From positions 4,894 through 68,893 of the forward strand of contig JBLNDB010000032.1 in NCBI GenBank assembly GCA_050261235.1: a DNA stretch of 64,000 bases, given 5' to 3'. A program made the position numbers and the translations under genes. Source of the DNA: Chloroflexota bacterium (GTDB lineage: Bacteria > Bacillota > Sulfobacillia > JBFLWA01 > JBLNDB01). Each line of letters begins with the position of its first letter. Positions within the stretch are counted from its first letter, which is position 1. The notes beneath the pieces were generated by a model. It had not been told where the DNA came from and made no database searches. It was given only the letters and a program-made list of their open reading frames with translations. Of the stretch, positions 54,693 to 64,000 are shown piece by piece.

Positions 54693-55880
54693 CTATCTGC
54701 GGACAGAGAGGATACTGCGGACGCTGCGCCAGATGCTGGCGAAGATGCTCAGCTTCGGCACGTCGGCAGATGCGACCAGCGGCGTTCTGGCGATCGCCTG
54801 CCCCTTCAGGCTGACGACGATCTCGCCCACCTGCTGCCCCGCTCGCACGGGCGCCAACAGCTGGTCGGCAACGGTCACGGTCTGCTCGAGTCCCTTCTCC
54901 TCGCCACGCTCGACAGTGATCACGAAGTCCTGTGGCAGCACGGCTTCGATCTGCTCGGCCCGCCCTCGCCGGACCGGGATCGTCTTGACGACGTCGTCTT
55001 TACGGGCAACCGGCACCGCGCGGAAGGTTGCGAACGCCGTGTTGAGCAGCCGCGCAGCGTCGTTGAACCGGGCCTCCGAAGTCGCCGCGCCCATGATGGC
55101 ACTCACGTAGCGCGCGTTATCGCGCGTTGCGGTGGCGACGACGCAGAACCCCGACTGGCTGGTCTTGCCCGTCTTCAGCCCGTCGCAGCCGGAGTAATGG
55201 CGGACCATGCGATTGGTGTTGACAAGCCATGACTTGCCGTCGCGAATGTAGTCCTGCCAGATCGACGTATACTTAATGAGGTCGGGCACAGTCACGGCAT
55301 AGCGGGCCAAGGTCGCCATGTCGCGCGCCGTCGTGTAGTGATTCTCTTCATCAAGACCGTGCGGGTTCATGTAGTGGGTCCCGGACATCCCGAGTTCGGC
55401 TGCCTTGGCGTTCATCATGTCGGCAAAGCCCTGAATGCTGCCGCCAATGTGCTCAGCCACCGCCACCGCAGCGTCGTTGGCTGACCCGACGGCGATGGCC
55501 TTGATCAGGTCCTCGGCCCTAAACGTCTCCCCCGGTTTGAGCCAGATTTGGGTACCGCCGTATGTGCACGCCTCGGGGCTTGCCGAAATCGGCGTGTCGA
55601 GGCTCAGCTTGCCGTCGCGGATGGCCTCGAACGTCAGCGTCAGCGTCATGATCTTGGTCAGGCTGGCGGGCGCGCGTCTCTCGTCGGCATTCTTCTCGAA
55701 CAGGACCCGTCCGCTGGCGACATCGATGATGATCGCGGACGGCGACTCGACAATCCAGCCGGTTGCCGGCTTCGGCTGAATCGGCGGAATGGCGGCGGCG
55801 GCCGGCACTGTGGCAACGACCAGCACCGAGAGAACAAGAGCGCAGGCCAGGCTGCGCGCTATCAGCGGTCGCATCGGCAT
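54693..55880 (-). CDS. dacF: D-alanyl-D-alanine carboxypeptidase DacF
   Basis: PASLTKIM (SxxK), SAND (SxN), LKTG (KTG); upstream of spoIIA. Confidence 0.92.
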   Translation of the reverse strand: MPMRPLIARSLACALVLSVLVVATVPAAAAIPPIQPKPATGWIVESPSAIIIDVASGRVLFEKNADERRAPASLTKIMTLTLTFEAIRDGKLSLDTPISASPEACTYGGTQIWLKPGETFRAEDLIKAIAVGSANDAAVAVAEHIGGSIQGFADMMNAKAAELGMSGTHYMNPHGLDEENHYTTARDMATLARYAVTVPDLIKYTSIWQDYIRDGKSWLVNTNRMVRHYSGCDGLKTGKTSQSGFCVVATATRDNARYVSAIMGAATSEARFNDAARLLNTAFATFRAVPVARKDDVVKTIPVRRGRAEQIEAVLPQDFVITVERGEEKGLEQTVTVADQLLAPVRAGQQVGEIVVSLKGQAIARTPLVASADVPKLSIFASIWRSVRSILSVRR

Positions 55881-55990
55881 CCCTCCTGGAGCATTGTCAT
55901 GCTGACATTAGGCTGGCTCGCGGGCGCCGCTTTCATACTGACGGGCAGTGGCCGCGCTCCTGGCGCGGCTGCAGTCAGAAACGAGAATAC

Positions 55991-56020
55991 GAAAAAGCCG
56001 GGAGCGTCATCCGCTCCCGG
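55991..56020 (-). terminator. Intrinsic terminator after pdp
   Basis: CCGGGAGCG-5nt-CGCTCCCGG followed by CTTTTTC on the minus strand. Confidence 0.8.
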
Positions 56021-56034
56021 TCGATCCGGCGCGA

Positions 56035-57348
56035 TCAGTCTGCTGTCCGAACGACATCGAGCACCAGTTGTGGCGGGGCGACCGGCTCAGGGCAAATCGT
56101 GAAGACCGACTGAAGTTCATTGCGGACACTTGCCGCCTTCTGCCATTCTGATGCGTGGATGGTCGCCAGCGTCTCGCCGGTGGCAACCTGGTCGCCGACT
56201 TTGTGCCTTAAGACGACGCCGACTGCCAGATCGATCGGATCGCCCTTCTTCGCCCGTCCGGCGCCGAGCAGCTGCGCCGCGTGCCCGACAGCCAGGGCAT
56301 CGATGGCCTTGATCCAGCCGCTGGCTGGGGCCGGCAGATCCAGCCGGACCTGCGCCTGCGGCAGTCGTTGCGGTTCATCGATGACGCGCGGGTCGCCATC
56401 CTGCGCTGACACGAGTTCGCGCAGCTTTGCCAGACCGGCGCCGCTGCTGATCGCTTGCGTGAGCAGCGCTCGTGCGCTCTCTGCGTCGACGGCGCGGCCG
56501 GCAAGGATGAGCATCTCGGCGCCGAGCGTCAGGCAGAGGGTCTCAAGGTCGCGGGGCCCATGGCCGCTGAGCGTCGCGATGGCTTCGCTGACCTCGAGCG
56601 CGTTGCCCACGGCGAAACCAAGCGGCTCTTCCATGTTGGTGAGGACGGCGACCGTCTTTCGGCCGCAGCCCTGGCCGATGCGAACCATCGTCCTGGCCAG
56701 TGCCCGCGCCTGGTCGAGCGTCTTCATGAACGCGCCGCTGCCGACTTTCACGTCCAGTACGATCGCATCGGCGCCGCCGGCGATCTTCTTCGACATGATG
56801 CTGGCCGCGATCAGCGGAATGCTCTCGACGGTCGCGGTGACGTCGCGCAGCGCGTACATGCGGCCATCGGCAGGCACGATGCTGGCCGTCTGCGCTGCCA
56901 CCGCGAGGCCATGCGACTTGACGTTGGCAACCACTTCGGCACTGGTCAGGCCGACCCGGAAGCCGCTGATCGATTCGAGTTTGTCGAGCGTGCCGCCGGT
57001 GTGGCCAAGTCCGCGACCGGACAGCTTCGCCACCGGTGCGCCGCAGGCCGCGACCAATGGTCCGAGGACCAGCGTCGTCGTATCGCCGACGCCGCCCGTG
57101 CTGTGCTTGTCGACTTTCGTGCCGGGAATCTGACTGAGGTCGATCCGTTCCCCCGAGTCGACCATGGCCATGGTCAGATCGACCGTCTCCCGGTCGCTGA
57201 GACCCTGGAAGTATATCGCCATAAGCATGGCCGCCATCTGGTATTCGGCGACCTCGCCGAGCATGTAGCTCGAGATGAACCAGCGGATCTCCTCGGTCGT
57301 CAATTCCTCTCCCTGACGCTTCCGCAGGATGATGTCATAGGCTCGCAA
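56035..57348 (-). CDS. pdp: Pyrimidine-nucleoside phosphorylase
   Basis: RAYDII, DKHSTGGVGD, KLSGRGLGHTGGTLDKLESI, LYA/MYALRDVTATV, SIMSKKIAGG. Confidence 0.96.
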   Translation of the reverse strand: MRAYDIILRKRQGEELTTEEIRWFISSYMLGEVAEYQMAAMLMAIYFQGLSDRETVDLTMAMVDSGERIDLSQIPGTKVDKHSTGGVGDTTTLVLGPLVAACGAPVAKLSGRGLGHTGGTLDKLESISGFRVGLTSAEVVANVKSHGLAVAAQTASIVPADGRMYALRDVTATVESIPLIAASIMSKKIAGGADAIVLDVKVGSGAFMKTLDQARALARTMVRIGQGCGRKTVAVLTNMEEPLGFAVGNALEVSEAIATLSGHGPRDLETLCLTLGAEMLILAGRAVDAESARALLTQAISSGAGLAKLRELVSAQDGDPRVIDEPQRLPQAQVRLDLPAPASGWIKAIDALAVGHAAQLLGAGRAKKGDPIDLAVGVVLRHKVGDQVATGETLATIHASEWQKAASVRNELQSVFTICPEPVAPPQLVLDVVRTAD

Positions 57349-58183
57349 GTTCTCCAACCTCCGCAATCACGGCTTTCATCAGCCGCGCAAACATGCCGGC
57401 GACGCGGGCTCCCATCGCCATGACCTCGGCGTGGTCGAGCTTCTCGCCCATACCGCCAGCCACATTGGTGATGCACGACAGGGCCATCACAGGCAACCCC
57501 GCGTGCGTGGCAACGATCGCTTCGGGCACCGTCGACATGCCGACCGCATCGCCGATCCGGCGCAGGTAGCGAACTTCTGCCGGCGTCTCGTAATTCGGAC
57601 CGGTCAGCCAGATATAGATACCCTCGCGCAGGACCAGCCCTTCACGGTCGGCCGCCCGCCGCGCCAGATCGCAAAGATCGGGTCGGTAGACCCGCGACAT
57701 GTCGGGAAAGCGGGGCCCGAGGCGGTCATCGTTCGGGCCGATGAGCGGGTTCTGACCGGTCAGGTTGACGTGGTCGGTGATCAGCATCAGGTCCCCCGGC
57801 CGCAGGTCCGGGTTGAGACCGCCGGCGGCGTTGGTCAGGATCAGCAGTCGGATGCCGAGGGCCTTCATGACCCTGATCGGGAACGTCGCCGCGAGCAGCG
57901 AGTGCCCTTCGTAGTAGTGGAATCGCCCCTGCATCGCCAGCACGCGCTGCCCCGCCAACTGCCCGATGACCATCCGTCCGGCATGACCCGGTACGGTAGA
58001 GCGCGGGAAGTACGGAATGTCTTCGTAGGGGATGACTGTCGGGTCACAGATCTCATCGGCCAGCGGGCCGAGCCCGGAGCCGAGGACGATGCCCAGTCGC
58101 GGCGCGGCGCCGGCCCGGTCGAGGATCAGGTCGGCAGCGGCGCGGATTGCCGGGCCGAGGTTGGCGTGTGTCAGCTCTTCCAT
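57335..58183 (-). CDS. punA: Purine-nucleoside phosphorylase (trimeric family)
   Basis: GIVLGSGLG, STVPGHAG, QGRFHYYEG, TNAAGG, GPNYETPAE, VGMSTVPE. Confidence 0.94.
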   Translation of the reverse strand: MEELTHANLGPAIRAAADLILDRAGAAPRLGIVLGSGLGPLADEICDPTVIPYEDIPYFPRSTVPGHAGRMVIGQLAGQRVLAMQGRFHYYEGHSLLAATFPIRVMKALGIRLLILTNAAGGLNPDLRPGDLMLITDHVNLTGQNPLIGPNDDRLGPRFPDMSRVYRPDLCDLARRAADREGLVLREGIYIWLTGPNYETPAEVRYLRRIGDAVGMSTVPEAIVATHAGLPVMALSCITNVAGGMGEKLDHAEVMAMGARVAGMFARLMKAVIAEVGELASL

Positions 58184-58190
58184 CGGTCTC

Positions 58191-59378
58191 TCACCCCACG
58201 AGGATGTCGTCTAGGAAACTGGTGCCCGCCGCGCGGTGTTCGGCACCCAGGGCCCGCACGACCGCGGCGCCGCAATCGGCCAGCGAGTTGCGCGTGCCGA
58301 GCGCCACGCCACGCTTCACTCGCCTGCCGGTGACCATGATCGGCACATACTCGCGCGAGTGGTCGGTGCTCGCGGTCGTCGGGTCGCAGCCATGATCGGC
58401 AGTGATGATCAGCAGGTCGTCGTCGCGCATCCGCTCGTAGAACCGCGGCAACGCCCGATCGAACGCTTCGAGGGCCGCCGCGTAGCCGGCGGGGTTGTTG
58501 CGGTGGCCGTAGACCATGTCGAAATCGACGAGATTGGTGAAGATCAAGCCGCGGTCGGTCTGCGCCATGAGAGCCAGCGTCTGCTCCACGCCGTCGGCGT
58601 TGTCGTGGGTGTGGACGGAGCGCGTGATGCCACGGCCGGCATAGATATCGTGGATCTTGCCCACCGCCAGGACCGGCAGCCCGGCCCCGGCAAGTTCGGA
58701 GAGCATGTTCGGCTCGGGCGGCTCGAGCGCGAAGTCGCGGCGCCGGTCGGTCCGCTGGAAGCGTCCGGGTGAGCCGGTGAACGGGCGCGCGATGACGCGT
58801 CCGACCGCATGGTCGCCGACGCAGAGTTCGCGAGCGACCATGCAGATGCGGTACAGCTCGTCGACCGGGATGATGTCCTCGTGGGCCGCGATCTGGAACA
58901 CGCTGTCCGCCGAAGTGTAGATGATCGGTTTGCCGGTCGCCATGTGCTCCGCGCCGAGCCGTTCGATGATCTCCGTCCCGGATGCGGCGACGTTTCCCAG
59001 CGTGCCCCGGCCGATGCGCTCCTCGAACAAGGTCACGAGTTCCGCCGGAAACCCCTGCGGGTAGGTGCGGATTGGTTTCTCAAGGACGATGCCGGCCAGC
59101 TCCCAGTGGCCGGCGATGGTGTCCTTGCCTTCGCCAGCCATTGCCATCCGCCCGAAGGCGCCGGTGATCGCTCCGTCGGTGGCCGGCGGCACGCCAAGGA
59201 CATCGGTCAGCCGGCCAAGGCCAAGCCGGCCAAGATTCGGCAAAGCGAGCCCGCCGACGGCGCGGCTGGTATTGCCGAGTGTGTTGCTGCCCTCATCCAA
59301 GTAGAGATGGGCATCGGGGAGCTCCCCGATGCCCACACTGTCCAGGATCACGAGAATGACGCGTGAGAACGCGGCCAT
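58191..59378 (-). CDS. deoB: Phosphopentomutase
   Basis: [68 protein letters not shown]. Confidence 0.96.
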   Translation of the reverse strand: MAAFSRVILVILDSVGIGELPDAHLYLDEGSNTLGNTSRAVGGLALPNLGRLGLGRLTDVLGVPPATDGAITGAFGRMAMAGEGKDTIAGHWELAGIVLEKPIRTYPQGFPAELVTLFEERIGRGTLGNVAASGTEIIERLGAEHMATGKPIIYTSADSVFQIAAHEDIIPVDELYRICMVARELCVGDHAVGRVIARPFTGSPGRFQRTDRRRDFALEPPEPNMLSELAGAGLPVLAVGKIHDIYAGRGITRSVHTHDNADGVEQTLALMAQTDRGLIFTNLVDFDMVYGHRNNPAGYAAALEAFDRALPRFYERMRDDDLLIITADHGCDPTTASTDHSREYVPIMVTGRRVKRGVALGTRNSLADCGAAVVRALGAEHRAAGTSFLDDILVG

Positions 59379-59413
59379 CAGATCACCCCGTGTGTCAAGC
59401 TGGGCACAATCAG

Positions 59414-60301
59414 CTAGGCTCGCGGATGAGCCTTGGCGTAGACTTCTTTCAGGCGCCCCTTGGTGATGTGAGTATAGATCTGGGTCGTGGATATATCGGC
59501 ATGGCCGAGCATCTCCTGGACCGATCGCAGGTCGGCCCCGTTCTCGAGCAGATGCGTGGCGAACGAGTGGCGGAGCGTGTGCGGCGTGATGTCCTTGTCG
59601 ATGCGGGCGTCGCTGGCGTACTTCTTGACGATCTTCCAGAACCCCTGGCGGGTCAGGCGGCGCCCGTGGTGGTTGACGAACAGCGCCTGCTCGCGGATGT
59701 CCTTGACCAGCTGGCCGCGGCCGTTGCCAAGATAGTCGCTGACACTGCGCTGCGCCATCGAACCGAGCGGCACGATGCGCTCCTTCGAGCCCTTGCCGTA
59801 ACAGCGGACATAACCCATGTCGATATTGACGTCGTTCATGTTCAGGGACACCAGCTCAGAGACGCGGATTCCCGTCGCGTACAGCAATTCGAGCATCGCC
59901 CGATCGCGCAGACCGGCCGAATTCATCGGGTTGGGCTGCTTCAGCAGTTGCTCGATCTCCTTGATGGTCAAGACCTTGGGCAGGCGCTTCTCAAGCTTCG
60001 GCGATTCGAGGTTAGCGGTCGGGTCCTTCTCAAGCACCCGCTCGCGCAGCAAAAACTGATAGAAGGACTTGAGCGCAGCCAAGCGGCGCGCGATCGTCGC
60101 CGTGGCCTTCCCCTGCTTCTCCAGGTAGAGAAGGTAGGAGATGATCGTGGCGCGCGACGCGCTTTCAAGCGTGGCGAACTTGCCACGCTCGAGGAACTCT
60201 GCATACTGGCGCAGATCACGCCCATAAGACTCGAGCGTATTAAGCGCCAAGCCGCGCTCAGTGCTCAAGTAGTTGATGAAACTGCCGATCAGCTTTTTCA
60301 C
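59414..60301 (-). CDS. xerD: Chromosomal tyrosine recombinase XerD (RipX)
   Basis: [68 protein letters not shown]; canonical xerD-deoB-punA-pdp order. Confidence 0.96.
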   Translation of the reverse strand: MKKLIGSFINYLSTERGLALNTLESYGRDLRQYAEFLERGKFATLESASRATIISYLLYLEKQGKATATIARRLAALKSFYQFLLRERVLEKDPTANLESPKLEKRLPKVLTIKEIEQLLKQPNPMNSAGLRDRAMLELLYATGIRVSELVSLNMNDVNIDMGYVRCYGKGSKERIVPLGSMAQRSVSDYLGNGRGQLVKDIREQALFVNHHGRRLTRQGFWKIVKKYASDARIDKDITPHTLRHSFATHLLENGADLRSVQEMLGHADISTTQIYTHITKGRLKEVYAKAHPRA

Positions 60302-60467
60302 TGCGGTCTCCCTCTCGTGGCGAATCGCGTTGTTCCACATTCTTCCGCGGAAGCGCCGGACATATGCAATGACAGTGTGCTTCTATCTATTAGACATAAT
60401 TCCTGAAAATCCTTTTGACAGCGGAAAATTCCTCAATGACTGCGGTTGTGCGCCGGCTCCGGCCTCC

Positions 60468-60734
60468 CTATTCACCCCCCACATAGAATTCCCTCAGCCA
60501 GGCAACGAGGCGCCAGAACACGGAAACCTGTTCGCCTGGGCTTATGTCTCCAGAATGCCCGGTCAACTGGGCGAGCGTGCTCCGGAGCGGGAACAGGCGC
60601 TCGGCAAGAAACGTAATCAGCCGCGGCAGGGCGATCCCGATCAGCACGAGGATGAGCAGGACTGTGACAACCAGACTCGCGCTCCGCCTGAGACGGTCCA
60701 GCGCGCGGATCAACCCGGGTCCCTCCCTCCGCAC
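60468..60734 (-). CDS. YqzK-like small membrane protein
   Basis: One TM helix; C-terminus WLREFYVGGE resembles the YqzK FYxxGE end; upstream of xerD as in B. subtilis. Start uncertain. Confidence 0.6.
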   Translation of the reverse strand: MRREGPGLIRALDRLRRSASLVVTVLLILVLIGIALPRLITFLAERLFPLRSTLAQLTGHSGDISPGEQVSVFWRLVAWLREFYVGGE

Positions 60735-60746
60735 CTACTCCCTATG

Positions 60747-60774
60747 AGTTATGCTGCCTTGCCGCACGTTAGAC
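60747..60774 (-). promoter_or_regulatory. Putative sigma-E promoter of the yqzK-like gene
   Basis: GTCTAAC-14nt-CATAACT. Confidence 0.5.
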
Positions 60775-60960
60775 ATAAGGCTCCGTCGCCGACCACCATC
60801 CGGGCCGCTGCCAGCCGGCGGCAACAAAAGTTGGTGACTGGAAAAGGGAAACGCCTTTCGGGAAGCGAAAGACAATCCCGTCACCCGTGGCTTAGTAGGG
60901 ATCAGCCGCGGTGGGATGCTATCGATGCCACTTCAGATGACTGGAAAGGTGGGCGGTACC

Positions 60961-62742
60961 GTGCTCAAGGATCTCAATCAGACATGGAACCTCGAGTCCT
61001 TCTTCCCCGGGGGCAGCGAATCGAAGGAATTCGCGGCTTTCCTGGACCAACTCGCCGCAGACGTCGAAACCTTGGCCAGCGATGTGCGCGGCGGAGCCGT
61101 GAGCGGCGCGGGCGCATGGGCGGAGCGCATCGGTCGGTTCCAGGACGTGGCCGCTCGGCTGCGTCATGCCGGCGCTTTTGTCAGCTGCCTGAGCGCCCAG
61201 AACGTCGATGACAAGCACGCGCGGGTCGTCGGCGCGCGCGTCGGCCAGATTCAGGCGGCGTTCGCCTCCTGCTGGACGGAGCTGGATACGCAGATGCTCG
61301 CCGTCCCGAATGAGGAGTGGAACGCTCTGATTCAGAGCGAAGAACTGAAGCCCCTTGCCTACAACCTGACCGAGCGTCGCCAGCGGGCCCGCGAGATGCT
61401 GCCGCCGGAGCAGGAGAAGCTCGTCAACGCCTTGACCACAAACGGCTATCACGGCTGGTCCGACCTCTACGACCTGACTACCGGCCGGATGTCGATCATC
61501 ATCGAGAAGGACGGCAAGCCGGTCCGCCTCTCCCCTGGGCAAGCCGCCAACCGGATGGCCGACGCGGATCCCAAGTTCCGCGCCCATGTCATGGAGCGCT
61601 GGGAGTCGGCCTGGCAGGATGTGGCCGATTACTGCGCCCTGGCCCTCAACAACCTCGGCGGCTATCGACTGAACCTCTACAAGCAGCGCGGCTGGGATTC
61701 GTTCATGCAGGAACCGCTGGAAATGAACCGCATGTCGGCACAGACCCTGGACACGATGTGGGAGACCATCGACAGGAACAAGGAACGGATGGTCAAGTAC
61801 CTGCGGCGCAAGAAGGACCTGCTGGGCCTGGACAAGCTCGGCTGGCAGGATGTCGGCGCGCCGATCGGCCGCTCTGACAGCAAGATGAGTTACGATGAGG
61901 CGGCGAACTTCATCTGCGAGCAGTTCGGCCGCTTCAGCCCGAAGATGGCTGCCTTCGCCGAAGTGGCCTTCAGGAACCGCTGGATCGAGGCCGAGGACCG
62001 ACCGGGCAAGCGGATGGGCGGCTTCTGCACCAGCTTCCCGGTGAAGAAGGAATCACGCATCTTCGTCACGTTCTCCGGCACGATGGGAAACACCGCAACC
62101 GTCGCGCACGAACTCGGCCACGGGTTCCACCAGAGTGTCATGAACGATCTGCCGCCACTGGCGGCGGGCTATGCAATGGCCGTCGCCGAGACCGCGTCGA
62201 CGTTCGCCGAGATGGTCGTCGCCGATGCGGCGGTCGCGCACGCGCGGAACGCCGATGAGCGACTGGTGCTGATGGAAGACAAGTTGGCTCGCGCCGTCTC
62301 GCTGCTGATGAACATCGAGGCCCGCTTCATCTTCGAGACGCACTTCTACGAAGAGCGCCGCAAGGGCATGGTCCCGGCGCAGCGCCTCAACGAGTTGATG
62401 GTCGAAGCTCAGAAGGAGGCCTTCGCCGGCGCACTCGACGGCTATCACCCGACATTCTGGGCATCGAAGCTGCACTTCTACAACACACGCGTGCCGTTCT
62501 ACAACTTCCCCTACACGTTCGGCTTCCTGTTCAGCGCCGGCGTCTACGCCAAGGCGCGCGAGGTCGGACCGACATTCGAGGACAAGTACGCCGACCTGTT
62601 GCGCGACACCGGCCGGATGCGCGTCGAGGACCTCGCCAAGCGACACCTCGACGTCGAGCTGACCAAGCCGGACTTCTGGCAGAAGGCAATCGACTCCGTC
62701 CTGAGCGACTATGACGAGTTCATGCGGTTGACGGCGAAGTAG
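60961..62742 (+). CDS. M3B oligoendopeptidase (PepF-like)
   Basis: TWNLESFF, RPGKRMGGFCT, HELGHGFH (HExxH), AETASTFAE, FYNFPYTFG. Confidence 0.92.
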   Translation: MLKDLNQTWNLESFFPGGSESKEFAAFLDQLAADVETLASDVRGGAVSGAGAWAERIGRFQDVAARLRHAGAFVSCLSAQNVDDKHARVVGARVGQIQAAFASCWTELDTQMLAVPNEEWNALIQSEELKPLAYNLTERRQRAREMLPPEQEKLVNALTTNGYHGWSDLYDLTTGRMSIIIEKDGKPVRLSPGQAANRMADADPKFRAHVMERWESAWQDVADYCALALNNLGGYRLNLYKQRGWDSFMQEPLEMNRMSAQTLDTMWETIDRNKERMVKYLRRKKDLLGLDKLGWQDVGAPIGRSDSKMSYDEAANFICEQFGRFSPKMAAFAEVAFRNRWIEAEDRPGKRMGGFCTSFPVKKESRIFVTFSGTMGNTATVAHELGHGFHQSVMNDLPPLAAGYAMAVAETASTFAEMVVADAAVAHARNADERLVLMEDKLARAVSLLMNIEARFIFETHFYEERRKGMVPAQRLNELMVEAQKEAFAGALDGYHPTFWASKLHFYNTRVPFYNFPYTFGFLFSAGVYAKAREVGPTFEDKYADLLRDTGRMRVEDLAKRHLDVELTKPDFWQKAIDSVLSDYDEFMRLTAK

Positions 62743-62757
62743 GCCAGACAACGAGTT

Positions 62758-62785
62758 GAGGGGGCGCGGCTAGCCGCGCCCCCTC
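62758..62785. terminator. Hairpin between convergent genes
   Basis: GAGGGGGCGCGGC-ta-GCCGCGCCCCCTC. Confidence 0.7.
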
Positions 62786-62824
62786 GCTGTTCGCGTATCC
62801 GTCAGGCCCGCCACCTGTTGCAGT

Positions 62825-63715
62825 CTAGAACGTCAGCCCGCCGAACACACTCTTCGGCAGGCGCATCCGCACTGTCTTCAGCGGGTCGACGATCTGGCTG
62901 ATCTCCAGGTTGCCGGCCAGGCTGAGCAGCGAGATGATCTCATTGGTCGTCATGTCCAGCCGCCCGCCAAGGAACTCGACGGTCGCGTCGAGCGCCAGCC
63001 GGGCAGCCTCGTCAAGGCCATCGCCAGAGGCGATGACGTACCAGTCGGCGCCGGTCTCGAGCACCGGCCAGCCGCACTGTCTGCTCTTGACCAGCCCGAC
63101 CCTCACCGTCACCTCGCCGGGAATCTCGAGGCCGCAGAGAGACACTTCGCCGTCTCCCATCACGGCATGCAGGTCGCCCATGGCGAGCAGCCCGCCGCTG
63201 GCGAACACCGGCAGGTAGAGCCGGGAGCCGGCGCAGACCTGACGCGTATCCATGTTGCCGCCATGTCTGCCCGGTTCGCCGGTCGCGATCACCCCGTCGG
63301 CCGGGGCGGTGCCGATAACGCCGATCATCGGCCGGAGCGGCAGCCATAGCCTGTCGCTGAACACCGCCTTGCCGTCGCGGATCGGGATGATCATCGTCTC
63401 GCTCTCACGAATCAAGTGGCCGAGCGCGCCCATCTCCGGGACGCAGACCATGCAGCCCTGATCCGCGACCTTGATGTCGATGATGTCCACGACCAGCGTG
63501 TCTCCCGGCTCAGCCCCGGTCACCGCCAGGGGACCGGTGGCGGGGTTGATCGTCGCCCAGCCGACGGAACTGAACAGGTCGCGCTCACTCTTGATCTGAT
63601 TGCTGAAGCAATCCTTGGTCCGGAAGACCACTTCCTCGCCGGGCGCAACCGTCAGAACCGGGGCATTGGCGGCGCTGAGGGCATAGACGACCTGGTCGTC
63701 ACTGATCAGCTTCAT
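62825..63715 (-). CDS. Acetamidase/formamidase family protein
   Basis: NPATGPLAV.GAEPGD.L, PMIGVIGTAP, GRHGGNMD, GDLHAVMGDGEV...GLE. Confidence 0.9.
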   Translation of the reverse strand: MKLISDDQVVYALSAANAPVLTVAPGEEVVFRTKDCFSNQIKSERDLFSSVGWATINPATGPLAVTGAEPGDTLVVDIIDIKVADQGCMVCVPEMGALGHLIRESETMIIPIRDGKAVFSDRLWLPLRPMIGVIGTAPADGVIATGEPGRHGGNMDTRQVCAGSRLYLPVFASGGLLAMGDLHAVMGDGEVSLCGLEIPGEVTVRVGLVKSRQCGWPVLETGADWYVIASGDGLDEAARLALDATVEFLGGRLDMTTNEIISLLSLAGNLEISQIVDPLKTVRMRLPKSVFGGLTF

Positions 63716-63870
63716 CGTCAGGCACCTCCCTCTCTCAGGCTCGACTGGCGTTTCTACGGGCGGCGGCAGCTTTCCTGCACCTTCGCACCGCAGCCGGACG
63801 CGACGCTGTGGTCTGTTGGAACAAACCGGCGCCCAACACGTCTCTACTACTCGACGAAGGAGGTTGTTCA

Positions 63871-64000
63871 ATGAGTAGTTGCCGCAAGTCTCTTGCCCTG
63901 TCGGTTGCCATCCTGACCGTCGTCTCGCTGCTCGCGGGCTGCGGCGGGAACAACCGCGGACCTTCATTCAGCGTCGTCGCGGACCTTACGAAGCTTGACC
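63871..64000 (+). CDS. Lipoprotein, N-terminal fragment (runs off the window edge)
   Basis: AAGGAGG RBS; MSSCRKSLALSVAILTVVSLLAGC with LAGC lipobox. Confidence 0.65.
   Translation, partial: MSSCRKSLALSVAILTVVSLLAGCGGNNRGPSFSVVADLTKLD

Noticed and set aside
59414-60301. Tyrosine recombinase as a mobile-element integrase
   Set aside because: Sequence and xerD-deoB-punA-pdp context identify housekeeping XerD; no att repeats or phage genes.
1-64000. CRISPR arrays, IS elements, prophage, defence systems, selenocysteine or frameshift recoding
   Set aside because: No regularly spaced repeats, transposase, phage or defence motifs seen; recognised genes appear full length without internal stops.

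Overview
A high-GC chromosomal segment from an endospore-forming Bacillota (Firmicutes) lineage. Nearly all genes lie on the minus strand. I see no prophage, IS, integron or CRISPR array. Contents in order: cell-division genes (divIVA, sepF, yggS, HlyD-like, pgeF); an nrdR-nrdJ operon with tandem NrdR boxes; an amidohydrolase/NhaC pair; a ~1050-aa GNAT protein; rluB; iorAB; a pyruvylated cell-wall polymer cluster (GT4, DUF4330, O-antigen-ligase-like, csaB); an MFS; a forespore block (SASP with duplicated helix, split LigD, Ku, ytfJ/ytfI); scpAB, trpS and a site-2 protease; a GerD-like lipoprotein; a DUF3798 ABC importer; a DUF559 nuclease; glnA; a GDT1/TMEM165 exporter; RidA; tRNA-Val(CAC); lysA; an extended spoVA operon; spoIIA-dacF; pdp-punA-deoB-xerD; an M3 peptidase; and an acetamidase. 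The most striking observations are (1) a three-gene HgdCAB-like radical dehydratase/activase module translationally coupled to the end of the spoVA operon, where B. subtilis has spoVAF; (2) a DUF559 nuclease with a C-terminal motif resembling the Smr ribosome-binding hook; (3) a structured, attenuator-like leader before the GDT1 exporter that lacks the yybP-ykoY signature; (4) extra small genes inside spoVA; and (5) a GerD-like lipoprotein with a sigma-F/G promoter. All family assignments come from motif recognition by eye, and the functional proposals are hypotheses.
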